A stretch of 64,000 bases of DNA from Phoronis australis (taxonomy: Eukaryota > Animalia > Phoronida), in NCBI GenBank assembly GCA_002633005.1, contig NMRA01000424.1, forward strand, positions 89,128 through 153,127, in the 5' to 3' direction. Positions 25,617 through 38,100 of the stretch are shown here, piece by piece. The notes beneath the pieces were generated by a model. It was not told where the DNA came from, searched no databases, and was given only the letters and a program-made list of their open reading frames with translations. The first letter of the stretch is position 1; every line of letters starts with the position of its first letter. Made by a program: the position numbers and the translations under genes.

Positions 25617-26730
25617 GCGCTTCGAATCCCTAAGTTTCTTGCATTTTTTCGGCAGATTTTTCAAATACTTCATCCAGACTGTTCACATGGCGGATCACAT
25701 CCTATATGTACATGTATGTACTTGCGCGTTAGGTTGCAAGTTATCTCTTGAAAAAGAAACAGTTTTAAAAGTAACGATTTATTTCTTGAAAAGAGGTAAC
25801 AAAGATGAAAACAACGGCAACTCAGCAGTGAATTGTAACATGGAAATAGTTAAAAAAAACAATATTTGATATAATTTCCTAGGAATCGGCGCCTGAGTTG
25901 CAGACGATATACTGTTCAGCAATTGAAAACTGAGACATGAGTGTCTTATAATTAACAGTTTTGTTCCAGATTTTACGTTTAGGGCCTGGTTGCATATCGA
26001 GTGTTAGTTACACTGTTGCAACTGTATTACTTTAAACTATAATCGGAAAGTTTGATGATGGAACTGGCTGAAGACGTAGAGTCGACATTGACCTACCTTT
26101 TGAACTTTCCATGTCAGAGGTCGCTGTTAAAGTAGTGTGGGAGGAGAATACGGAAAACTTTATTTCATGGCCGTATTTCCCTCGACAGATTCAATGCGCG
26201 TGGGATAAAAATAGGTTATACAACGCAAGTCTTTGTACCAGTGGTTATTATATCGAGATTCGTGATATGCAAAAGTATTTGAACGAGGGCGAAGTGCAAT
26301 AAAAACCCGAACGACATCAGTAGGTAACCATTGCACTGTTGTGATGTAAAGACAACATCTCTATTTAGAGAGTTTGAAAGAACTGAAATTAAACTCGTTA
26401 AAACGGATCAAAGTCGTGTCTTCAATAAATATTATTATTATTATATATATGTAAGTGTGTATACATTCAAATTTCCAAAATCTTTCTGAAAACCTTTTTT
26501 TAAAAAGTCCAAATAAGTTCCTAAATTTATAGCCAATACATCCAATTCATAGTCAGTTTACTAACTACTAAACATTTCATAATAAAATTTTCAGTCCGCA
26601 GCAAGTAATACGCGTGTTCTCACATTTTGCTGGTCACGCGCGGTCATATAGTTTACAAATCTTCTCGCATTTATCCACAGTTAAAACATTTTGACAAATT
26701 CTCGGGTGTGTTTTCAGACGGTCGTGAAGG

Positions 26731-26737
26731 ATGAATG
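26731..26737 (+). CDS. Candidate start-codon micro-exon (exon 26718-26737, ATG AAT G) of the large membrane protein
   Basis: TGTTTTCAG|ACGGTCGTGAAGGATGAATG|GTAAGC; in-frame TGA just upstream of the ATG; phase 1 donor. Confidence 0.55.
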
Positions 26738-26899
26738 GTAAGCAACTAGTAACGAAGGAGGTTTGATGAATTCGATGTTCAATAGAAAACTTTTTAGAAG
26801 CAGTCCAATAAGTATTTCGAAATGTTGTGGATGAATGCTATACTACATGAATGACACTTTCCAACGCCCTTAACTCACATACCGTTCTCCTTTCAATAG

Positions 26900-26989
26900 A
26901 ATCGAACGTAACATACACGTCAATAGAACTCGGCGCCATTTCGACAGTCACGAATATGAAAACAACACCAACGATGATGACAAAGTTGG
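26900..26989 (+). CDS. Thr-rich ectodomain exon of the large membrane protein
   Basis: TTCTCCTTTCAATAG|AA...TTG G|GTGAGT; ESNVTYTSIELGAISTVTNMKTTPTMMTKL; phase 1-1, 90 nt. Confidence 0.65.
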
Positions 26990-28035
26990 GTGAGTGACGT
27001 CACGGGGAATAAACGATAAAATGGACAATTTGCTTAAAGGGATATAATTGATTTAACTCCGAAAAATGCATTTTAGGGATTAATTTGAATGGGACAGACT
27101 GCTGGAAGTTATTTGCTTGGATAACAGCAATAAATCAATAAAACACGTTGTTTTTTTTGTGATTCGGTTTCAAATCCGCAATTCTCGCCTTAGTCAGTCA
27201 AACATTCGTTGAAATCAAGGCCAATGACTTAACTGTGTTAAATACGCTTAAAATATCGAGTGTGGTTTAGCCCCACCAGTTAGACTGCGACTTCGGGGGT
27301 TGCGGGTTCAATTCTTCGCTGAAGCTCATCTCGGAACTCCACATTTCTAGCCAATAATGTCCATTTGCTGACCAACGTTTCTTACACATGTAAATAGAAT
27401 ATTTTAAAAGTTGAACAAGAAATCAACAAAATAATCGACACACGCTGACTGTATATTTAACAATAAAGGTATTAAAAGAAAATGATGATCACTTTGAATG
27501 ACGATGAACACTAAGTTTCCAGGGATGGTATAGCTTAACGAAGGGAACGCTTATGAAGGCAACAGGAACGTATGCGGAATTAAGGAGGTACAGAGGATTT
27601 GGGGTGGTAAGAATATAAAAACACGCCCGCAAAAGAAAATAGTAGGGATACTAGACTTGGTACAATATACTGCATTAAGTTACAAACAACTGATTAAATG
27701 GTTGTCTAGCCTACATCAGGCTTAAATTTAACATTCTAAAGTTAAATCGAACGTCTGTCCCTTGCAAAGTAAGGTTGGCAAACCCCTAGTTACATTCTAG
27801 ATCCGTCAGTGGGATAGCCCTGTGACAAAACTTCTATTGGTATGTCAATAATGCCAGTGTCTGTGACTACCAAACTTTACCAGATACTCGACTTGAAATT
27901 TGACTAATTGCACCCCATACTTCAAGGGGTTGGTCCGTATATGAGTTGCGTCTTGAGCCTGAGTAAAGTAGCCTGAGATCCTCATCGAAACCGCAGCTTA
28001 CACTTGTGATATTACTCGTGGTAATTGCATTTTAG

Positions 28036-31000
28036 GAAATAACCAAACACTTCCGTCTACCCAAGGGCAAGACGAGTTATCGACGCCACTGTCAGCCATA
28101 GTTGGAACACTTTCCGCTGTTCTTGTATTTACGGCTTTCCTGGTTTTCTGGCGGGTGATGCGGAAACAGTCTGTGTTGGAAACGGAAGTGCTTCCTGATA
28201 AAGGGGAAATTGCATTATTTGAGCAGGTCACCCAGAGTTCACCAACCCCTATCTGGACAGTCGATGGTTTTATGCAACACGGACAGCTAAGATGCCGTTT
28301 GTTGGAAGCGTTGATTAACGAAGACGTTGGTAAGGTTGTCGACGTTGCAGTGCATTACGAAGAGTTTAGAGACGCACATAACTTACAGCACGTGACCGAT
28401 CACGTCATTTGCGCAGCTCAAACATTTTTAGGTCCTTTGATAAGAGATTACCGCCTACTCCAAATGAAACTTTACAAAGCATCCACTTCTAATTCCCGGG
28501 AAGATATGCGTGATTTTTTGGTAACTTACTCACAGGTTCGTCGTAAGCACGGACTCGGCTCTTTGACCACATCAGAGGGTGCAGTTGACGACTATACACT
28601 ACCAAATAATACTGTTCATCTGAGTGAAATGAGCTTCAACGACACGCACAGTAGATTGGATCTTGCGGCTCGACGTAGTTTAACTGACGTTCACAAGGCA
28701 TGTTTCTACAAACGCCTCAGCCAAAATTTAGAATATGAACAATGCGTGCACAACAGCAGCAATGCGTCTATCTTTCGGAGCTATAGTGATGCGAAACTGG
28801 GAAATGAGGTACGAAGTTCTTGGTTGCGAAGGTTCAGGCCGCTAAGGGACCTGAAAGAAGTGAAAGAAAGTTTACTCTTGTATGAAAAACTATACAACAA
28901 ATGCACCAAGAATAAAATAGCATTATGTGGAGACGAAAACAAATCTGGCGAACTGTACCCAATACATGAAAATAATAGTCAAACAAAACACAAAAATATA
29001 CCTGGAGTTGACATGTGCGTCAGTTCAACAGTGCATCTTGAAAACCAAGAAACTGGTTGGACGGGCATAAATGAGTCGGCTGCACCAAGCCAGGATGAGG
29101 AGGAGCGCGAGCGCGTCTGCCGCGAGCTCGAGAAGTTGCAGAAAGAAGTGGAGGAGGCAGTTAAGAGTGGAGTCGATTACAGAATCAGAATGGCCACCAG
29201 ACAATACAGACAGTTATGCAGAAACGCCAATTTGTGTGCGCCTGAAGTTGAGTTTCTTGCACAACCTGAAACAACGTTCGACATTGAACCCTTGCGAATT
29301 ACTTTGACTACGGCTACGCAGGAGCAAGATCTGAAAACTTTAGAGGAGGTTACAGCTAGAATATGTCAGAAAAATTTGCAAGCTTTGATGGGACCATCTT
29401 TCATACAGGCCGTAAAACTGCAAGAAAGTCTTGAAACTGTGAAGTGCTTGACAACTGCTGTTTTGAATCTGGACCGGGAGACAATGATGACGATGCGACG
29501 TTACGACCACCCTCCAAAAGTCGTTCATGACGTAGTAATGGCAATTCTCCTCGTGCTCGGCGACCCCGAAAGTGAAACGTGCGACTGGACCTCGTGCCAA
29601 AAACGATGCACCACGCTGCGCACACGCGACAGTCCAGGGCTGATGAAGAGAGTTTGTGAGTTTGATATCAGAAAGCTATCACCTGACGTTGCCAGGCGTG
29701 CATTAGACATAGTTCAGGATTTTTGCGAGGAGGAGGCGAATGTCGTAAACATTGGTGCAGCCGTTTTGTATTCGTGGGTTCGAGTGGTTTGCGAACATTG
29801 CCTTGCATGGTCTGAACCTACATTTGACTCCCCAGTATCTTCTAAAAAGCGCACGAAGAGAAAGCGCAGTAGGGATCACGTTATTCAAGAAGAACTCAAG
29901 TTAAAAACTGCTTTAAGAGAGTCATTGGAAAAGAAGGACGTAAGAGAAATCAAAAGTCGGTTATCCAAGTACATAATGTACTTTGAAAAAAGGAAGGTCT
30001 GTGTAACTAGGGATAACGATTTAATCACAAGGGCTCGCCAGGCCATGTTTGAGCTGAAGGAGAATACGTTTTTGGAAATCATGAATGAAGAAATAATAGA
30101 CTCTCTTAAAAAAGCCATTGCTGACAAGAATCCAAAATTAATAAAACAGGAGCTAGAAACTTATGAGATGTTTTGTGCGGCTGAAAGTGGCAAAATTACT
30201 ATAAACCACAATCTAGTAGCAGACGCGAGGCTTTGTGTGGAAGAACACGACATACTCAACGACCTCATTACAGCAACGGAAAGTAAGGAATGTTGCTCGC
30301 TGAAAGAGAGTCTGCAACGGTACGAAACCTTTTGCCATCAAAACAGTGAGAGGATTGTTGCCGATGAACGGCTCATAAATGAGATTAAAATTTGCATTGA
30401 GCAAAAGGAGGTTGTGGATTCTCTCAAAGTCTCCCTTGATAAGAAACAATCTGATTTACGAGAAAGGTTGGAGTATTATACAGCTTTCTGTCAACGGAAT
30501 GCACACAACGTTGTCGCCGAGAAGAACTTGATCGATAAAGCGAAGCTACATTTAGAGCAAATGGACATTTCTGATTGTTTAAGGCAAGCAATTCAAGAAC
30601 GAAACTATGCTAAAATAGAACTACACCTACGAACTTACGAAATCCTTTGTCAGGAAAACGTGTCCCACTTGTCACTTGATGAACAGCTGGTATGTGAGGC
30701 AAGAAACACTTTAAAGGAAGTAGAGATCATGAACGCTCTAGCACAGGCGGTGGAAAGCAAAAACATCAATAAAATACAAACTCTTCTTGAGAACCATGAG
30801 AGTCATTGTCGGGCATGTAAGACTGTACGTGCTGGTGAAGACACATTAATTAACAAAGCAGGTGCATTCTTGGAAGAAAACCGACTACTGGACACTCTCC
30901 GACAATCAGTTGAGAAACGACACTATTTCGAGGTGATAGATTATCTGTCTCGCTATCGGGAATTTTGTGCGAGAAATAAAGAGGATATAGACATCGATGA

Positions 31001-33230
31001 AGACTTGATTGAAAGAAGCAAAGCATGTTTGGCGGAAGCTGGGGTGATTGAGACACTTAAGCTCGCGGTGTACAAGAAAGACCACTTTGCCATACAAGAA
31101 GAGATGGCGAAATACAGATTGTTTTGCAACGCTCGAGAAGACACGTTCTGTGCAAACGCTGAGCTATTAAACGAAGCGCAGGCTGTTTTGGAACAAAAGG
31201 AACTACAGGAGGCACTGGTGGCAGAGGGGGATACATTAAGAGAAAATCTTAAGCACGCGATCGAGCACGAAGGTAGCTTGGCAATCAAGGAATCTCTTTT
31301 TCATTACAAGTCATTCTGCATGGGTAATCAACACAATGTGGAGCTGGACGAGGAAATAGTTGCAGACGCGTGGGCTAAAATTGACGGTGAAGAGCTGAAG
31401 GAGCAAGTAAAGGCTGAAGAGAACTCCTTGAAGCACAGACTCTTGAAAGCAGTACAAACGAAAGCACATGTCGGCGTGTCACAGGTTTTATCGAGATACG
31501 AATGCCTGTGCAAGAAGCACAACGACATTCTACGTCCAGACAAGCGGCTGGTGCGAAAAGCCATGAAATGCCTAAAAGAGGAAACAGGGGCATTCATTAA
31601 AAACCAGGTGGCCGATTGCGAGAACAGACTGCGTGAAGGCATCACAGATAATGATTATATAGGTGTCTCTGACGCCTTGGAACAGTACGACCTCATCTCT
31701 AAGACTTATGAAGGAACGATTACTGTTGACGAAGCACTGTTGGCCACGGCTAAAGATCTGCTTCAAAAACAAGACAAAATCAAAGCAATTGAAAACATGA
31801 ACGTCCGCTTAAGGGATAAGCTTGGCAAAAGGAAAAAAGGAGTTCAAAGACTTGAAGGGGTACGAACAGCTTTACGTGAGTACGAAAGTGCCCTGAAAGA
31901 ACACCCCGGTCTAGTCTCTACTGATGACATTCTTCTAAGGCGCGCCTATTCTTTTTTGGAAAAGTTTGAGCCTGTAGAACTGAAAATTTATTTGGCAAAG
32001 GCACTGAAATCTTCTGATGAAAGTGAAGTCCGAAGAACATTTGATAGGTATGAGAAGTTTTCGGAAGAGCACGACAGTGTTGATGCTACCATTGAAGACT
32101 TGGCGAAACAAGCGAAACGACTCCTCGACCAGTTTGATCGAGAACACTTGGCAGAACATCAGCAGAAAGAGCGTATTCTTAAAGATCATTTAAAGCAAGC
32201 TATCGTTTCTCAACATGTACAAGACATATTGGTAGCTTTAGCGGACTACAAAACACTATCAACTAAGGTGCCTGAAGTAGAGGATCGCTGCATTATCGAA
32301 GAGGCCAGTGCGACTATTGAAGTACTCGAGAAAACAAAAGCTTTGGAAGAGCTTCAAAGAGACTTGGACGACACAGGAAGAGAATTAGAAAAGGCAGCAA
32401 CGTCAAACGACATGCTGCTGGTAGAACCGTTTTTGATGAGGTACAAACGTTTGGCCAGTACGGGTGGGGAAGACCTGAAAACTGATCATCAATTGATAGC
32501 TAAATGTGAAATGATCGTCAACAAACTGAAGCCAGCTGTTACACACTGCAACAACAACAACAACAACAACAACAGCAACACCACCAAACAGGATCTCACT
32601 GACGCACTGAGGAAAGTGAACAGCTCCTTGATCGATGAGGTGATTACTGAGGCTTATCATAATTACATAACCATTGGTGAAGAAAATGCAGCTGCCAAGT
32701 CTTTTGGGGAAACGCCAACGTGTCTGAAGGTTGCTAGAAGTCTTCGCCGTATGGTAGATGCGTTAAGATTTGGGAATTTGAAACTATTAAAGGACGTCTT
32801 GCACCAGATTAAAGTTGGAGGCGAACTTCGTGAAGGACTAAAGGATGGGGTCATGGTAACTAGTAAGTGCTGTACAGATTTGAACAAAATTAAGCAGCTG
32901 ACAAAGGAACTCCAGTCCTTAAAAGTATTGGGGCTATTCGAAGAAGGGGAGAAAACAGAGATCACTTGCAACATCGTTAAAGCAATGTACGTTGTACTGG
33001 GTGAAAAGGCCAACGGTGTGGGTGAAGAGATTCCAAGCGATCTTTTGGAAAGAGTTAAGACTTTCGACTTAAAAACTATTGATACAGTCATTGCCACAAA
33101 AGCGCTTGCTTGTTTTGGTTGCTTTTCTGTGGAGCAGAGTTCTGCGTGTAACAAACCGATGGAAACATTATATAAATGGATCGATGTCACGTGTAATTGT
33201 TGTATGGTTGCTGAAGAATTTCTCTCTTAA
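28036..33230 (+). CDS. 5.2-kb terminal exon: TM helix + ~1690-aa cytoplasmic region with two dynein MTBD-like modules and ~53-aa helical repeats
   Basis: TTTTAG|GA phase 1 acceptor in frame with the 1691-aa ORF; adds NNQTLPSTQGQDELSTPLS-AIVGTLSAVLVFTAFLVFW-RVMRK; open to TAA at 33230. Confidence 0.9.
32550..32573 (+). repeat. (AAC)8 coding microsatellite (poly-Asn)
   Basis: HCNNNNNNNNSN within the long ORF. Confidence 0.9.
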
Positions 33231-35149
33231 CATAAAAGGTAGTGCTAATAACAAAATGACCCAATCGTTCATTTATAGAACAGGGTAGAAGTCTTCTTGG
33301 CATAGAGTCAGAATGGGTTGCTACGATTTAGCGACACGTGTCCAATACCAGCTGAACAAAAACGAAATCTCGTTCATGCAGTTTACTTTCGTCAAAATCA
33401 TTGCGATAAAACGCCTAAAATTCATTCTAAACTGTATTTGTATCATCAAAACGAATCTTTGGTCCTTGTAATAAACTACCAATGCCGCGGGTGCTAGCAA
33501 TGATCTCGGCAACATTTTAAGTGCTGTGACCGAAAAAAATTTGAAACAATTGCGAATCCAATGCAAATTATCTCAACTTAAACTCTGCTCAACGCATGCA
33601 TATGCTATTACATTCCATTCGCATTTCGACTACCTCTAAAAAGCACTGGTTCCGATATAAATGTCTAGCGTTTTTGAACAACGTTTTATCATTAAAAAGA
33701 AGCAGAGTTCCAGTGGTACTGAATGACACTAAACAAAGGCATTTAGGACGAAAGAAAGAAACACCTATACAAAAAAATTAGGCCTGGGATACTAGGTGCT
33801 ACGCGACCTGCGTATAATGCCGGGGACATCGCAGAATGAAAGGTCCTTTCAAACGCATCGGCGCATCCAGGATTTTAAGTTAGGGGGGCAGGATTTTGCC
33901 CGTCGGACATTCGCTGTCAAATGGAATCTGTGAGAATCATGATTTTAGGGAGGGCATAACCTCTTTGGCCCTCTCCGAGTCTAAATCCGCCACTGCAACG
34001 AATAGCTAAATTTCCAATTGAAATTTACACAATAAACGTGAATGACCGCCGACGGCAGCAACATTTCATTTTCAACCTTCTCTAGCTTGACCATTCTGTC
34101 ATTTCCCGAGGTTTCATGTACCTCATGCGTGCGGTATGATCGCTACGCAGCCTGTGCGAATATAACATACTGTACGATCATGAGTAGAGGGGTAGAATTA
34201 GGAGTCGGGATGAGTTCCGTAGACTCAACATTCTCGCTATGGAAGCTTAGTGTGATCCAGTGCTTCGCATGGCGATGTCTCTCGAAGTCACGTGTTCATG
34301 AGTTTTCGCAAGATTCTCGCCTCAGCGGAACGCCTCGACGATTCACGTAATGTCAACACCGCCAAATGCGACCTGGCAAATTTCCATGTCAGTAGCCAAA
34401 CGGGAAATGCACAAGGTCGCCAAGACGTGTGGTATGCGGAGGCACAGACTATGGCTATACACCATAGTGAAAATGAGGATACGAAACATCCCAATTGAAA
34501 AAACGGCCGGAAACCCGAAATCAACCGAAGGGCATTATCGATGCATACTAGTCACGAATGGTACCACCCGGTTTTAGCTGTTTAGTTCCGACTACCTTCT
34601 TTAGTAGTAGGGCGCGCTCGGATGTGTGCGTGGCGACTTATGATTTTTACCAGGTGGCCAACCAAAATCTTGAGATTGCATTGGCGACCTGCTGGTTGCT
34701 AAACCGAGGGTTGTTACTTGCAGTTCTTGGGAAAGTAGGATTTTTACCTTAAAAGTACACCACCGCGTGAGCTTAAACATCACCCAACATTGTTTATGCT
34801 CGCCACAATCTGGGAAGCATGGGTCACGCAGCACTCTTGAAACTGAATATTTAAGACCACCTACCTTTGTCAAAGTCAATTTTCTGCATTAAAACTAGAC
34901 GATTTCGTTCAAAAATCAAAACTGAAAAGGCCTAAAATCTATTTCCAACAAACGACTCCAAACCAATGGTAAACACCTCAACTCGGGCTAAAAAGATTTA
35001 GTTGGTTCTGCTCTGTACTACGAATCAGTTAGAGACCTGTGGTCACAGGCAAAAATGCCCGCTTCCATCACTTACAGTCAGAATGTCCTGTTGTTTGTTT
35101 GAAACCCACTTAAAGTTACGTAAGCAAAACGAAGCGAGGTTTGAAACGT

Positions 35150-38100
35150 CACGATTTGCTAAGCGATGAGTAAAGAAAATGCCGCATCACTTTTGTTCTA
35201 CTCGGGACGGTTTCTTTGAGAAGGTTACCAACCAGAAAAGAATCACACCACTGAGACGAAAACAAAGTAGGTTTTTAACTCAAAATCCCAAGTTTTTGCA
35301 CGTCTTTGCGTCCCTTGCAAGCGGTGCCTGTTACTAATTATTATACTCATGCGCGCACACCCAGCCTTTAATATGGGGGAGGACACGAATCTCTGACAAA
35401 GTGGACCTTTTGCCTTTTGCTAACAAAAAAGCGGGAGGACTAAAAAAAAAAAACGGGGAACCACCTTCAGGTCTGTGAACTGTGCGACTGCGCCTTTTTA
35501 GTGGACTTTCGTCTCGTTTTCTCGGAATTGTGTTTCTCAGGGGCGGACCTTTTTACCCACTTCGCCAAATGGGGGGCTCGTTCGAGCCCCCCTGGGTGCG
35601 CGCATGATACCGGGTACGAAATCAGGGAGCTGCGACGTTCCGTGACTCACAGATCAGAAGACAAGCTACAGTATTTACGAGTTCGGCCCCCAGTACGTAC
35701 ACCCCCAAACGCTACCTTTGACTGAGACTAGGTTTCTCAAACCTTATCATCACGAGGCCTTTTGTGTTTGAAAAATCAAATAACCAATACTACAAGTCGA
35801 CAGCAATTCGCTGTACGACTTTCTCCGCACAGTTTGATCGACAAATACAACAATATCAACAATTAAATATTTATTCCACGACAGACACCACAAGTATCGG
35901 TCAAACTGAGTAAACAAACATTTACTATATTTTGTAGCCCAAAATCAACTGAATATCTGAATATAATTATACTCCTAATTATTCAAAGATTGGAACCCAT
36001 TTTGTAAAACAATGACAATTCAATCAACCAGCGATGACGCAAAAATGACGCTACGAGGCCGTGAAAAACTACTAGCGACTGTCCCGAGCCGCGCGCGTGG
36101 GTGGCGTCGTCTGCTCTTATTCGCAACACGAGATTGGTGCCCCATTATTACACAAATCTCATGAAACCTGGATTGTTGTCATACTGGGTGGCGAGGGACC
36201 AACCATGCTAAAATAATCAAGGTACTAACCTTTGCAGCTAAGGAATACGACATTGCACGAAAATACAGTCCGCTTCATACTTTAGAAACTCCTTTGCTAT
36301 ACTTAATTGACTTCCGCGCTTCACCAGATACGTTCACATGGGCTAAGATATCTGATTGAGTCTTGATGATGACTTCCGGCTTATAGACCAATCAGATGTC
36401 TTAGCTCCTTGACCGAAAAGAAAGCGTCGAATTCAATGAAGAGCAGCCAATATATGTTCAACATGTGGCAAATTGCATTCCTTCGCCACCTGTTGTACAA
36501 CAAGAATTACTGCAACATGTGGCATGTAATCTGTACCATAATCTCGACATAGCTTTTTCATTGCAGCAAAATAAACTTCCATTAAGCTTGGATAACAATC
36601 AAACATTTCAGTTTCCACAATCACTTAATTCTAATGTATTCCACAACAGAACCGTCCATTAAAGTGCCCGTGAACACATGGTTTACCCGATCAGGCCTCG
36701 ACGAGAAACTATAGCCAAGATCCTTCGTCTTACTGGAAACCTTTGCGCCTCAAAATGGTCATTTCAATTTTCCAAAACAGAAAAAACGAAGACTAATTAG
36801 AGTCAGGGATACGAGAATGGTGCCACAAGATTCATATGGTTTTGGCTGTAGTCTGATCATAGGCTGCTCTCCTTCATTCTGTTACCAAGAAGCCATAATA
36901 GCTTGCACATCTCAGTGAATAGTTGTACCTATGTGACTACACTAAGCTGGGTCCAGCCTTAAATGAACAGGAGGTCCAAGTAAAGCGAGAGGTTTTTCAG
37001 ATTCCTATTTCACAACGAAGGAGTAAAAAACCAGTAAGAAACTTTTGTGCTGTCGCCTAAGCAAAAAGCAGCCTTGCCATGTATTTTGTGTCCCGCTTAA
37101 GCTGAAAAGGGATGTATTGACGCTCTAGACCCCTCCTCTATGTTACAGGTTGATCGGTCACCACCTTGATTTTGCAGAAAAACGGCGGTCGTGGGCACTC
37201 ATACCCTTAGGCATACCAGTCCACTGTGGAGCATTCACCATTGTGCACTACAGTGTACTTAACAGTAGCTTTGCTTAGAACTATGAATCACGTGCACCGG
37301 TAAGCTGCGCGTGACCAATTCAACAAAATTTCACTTACTACTGATGGCTCCATCAGAAAATTTTAAGAGATTCCCGCCATGTTATGCATTCTGGAGGCCT
37401 GCACGAAGAGTTTTCAGTTAACATGAGTAGCGTATCTTTCAAACCATGAAAATTTATCTAGTTCATAGAAGATAAGTTGAAAATNCACGATTTGCTAAGC
37501 GATGAGTAAAGAAAATGCCGCATCACTTTTGTTCTACTCGGGACGGTTTCTTTGAGAAGGTTACCAACCAGAAAAGAATCACACCACTGAGACGAAAACA
37601 AAGTAGGTTTTTAACTCAAAATCCCAAGTTTTTGCACGTCTTTGCGTCCCTTGCAAGCGGTGCCTGTTACTAATTATTATACTCATGCGCGCACACCCAG
37701 CCTTTAATATGGGGGAGGACACGAATCTCTGACAAAGTGGACCTTTTGCCTTTTGCTAACAAAAAAGCGGGAGGACTAAAAAAAAAAAACGGGGAACCAC
37801 CTTCAGGTCTGTGAACTGTGCGACTGCGCCTTTTTAGTGGACTTTCGTCTCGTTTTCTCGGAATTGTGTTTCTCAGGGGCGGACCTTTTTACCCACTTCG
37901 CCAAATGGGGGGCTCGTTCGAGCCCCCCTGGGTGCGCGCATGATACCGGGTACGAAATCAGGGAGCTGCGACGTTCCGTGACTCACAGATCAGAAGACAA
38001 GCTACAGTATTTACGAGTTCGGCCCCCAGTACGTACACCCCCAAACGCTACCTTTGATTGAGACTAGGTTTCTCAAACCTTATCATCACGAGGCCTTTTG

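Noticed and set aside
27998-33190. Many minus-strand ORFs over the long exon
   Set aside because: Antisense shadows of the coding strand with no recognisable motifs
28155-33230. 1691-aa ORF as a complete gene starting at GTG, or as a dynein heavy chain
   Set aside because: The frame extends upstream through a TM helix to a splice acceptor; no AAA/Walker motifs, so it is not a motor
35501-38061. Two identical 74-aa ORFs (also the ORF pairs at 49187/49429 and 57141/57845) as duplicated genes
   Set aside because: They lie in MITE or intron sequence inside N-joined duplications; no coding signal
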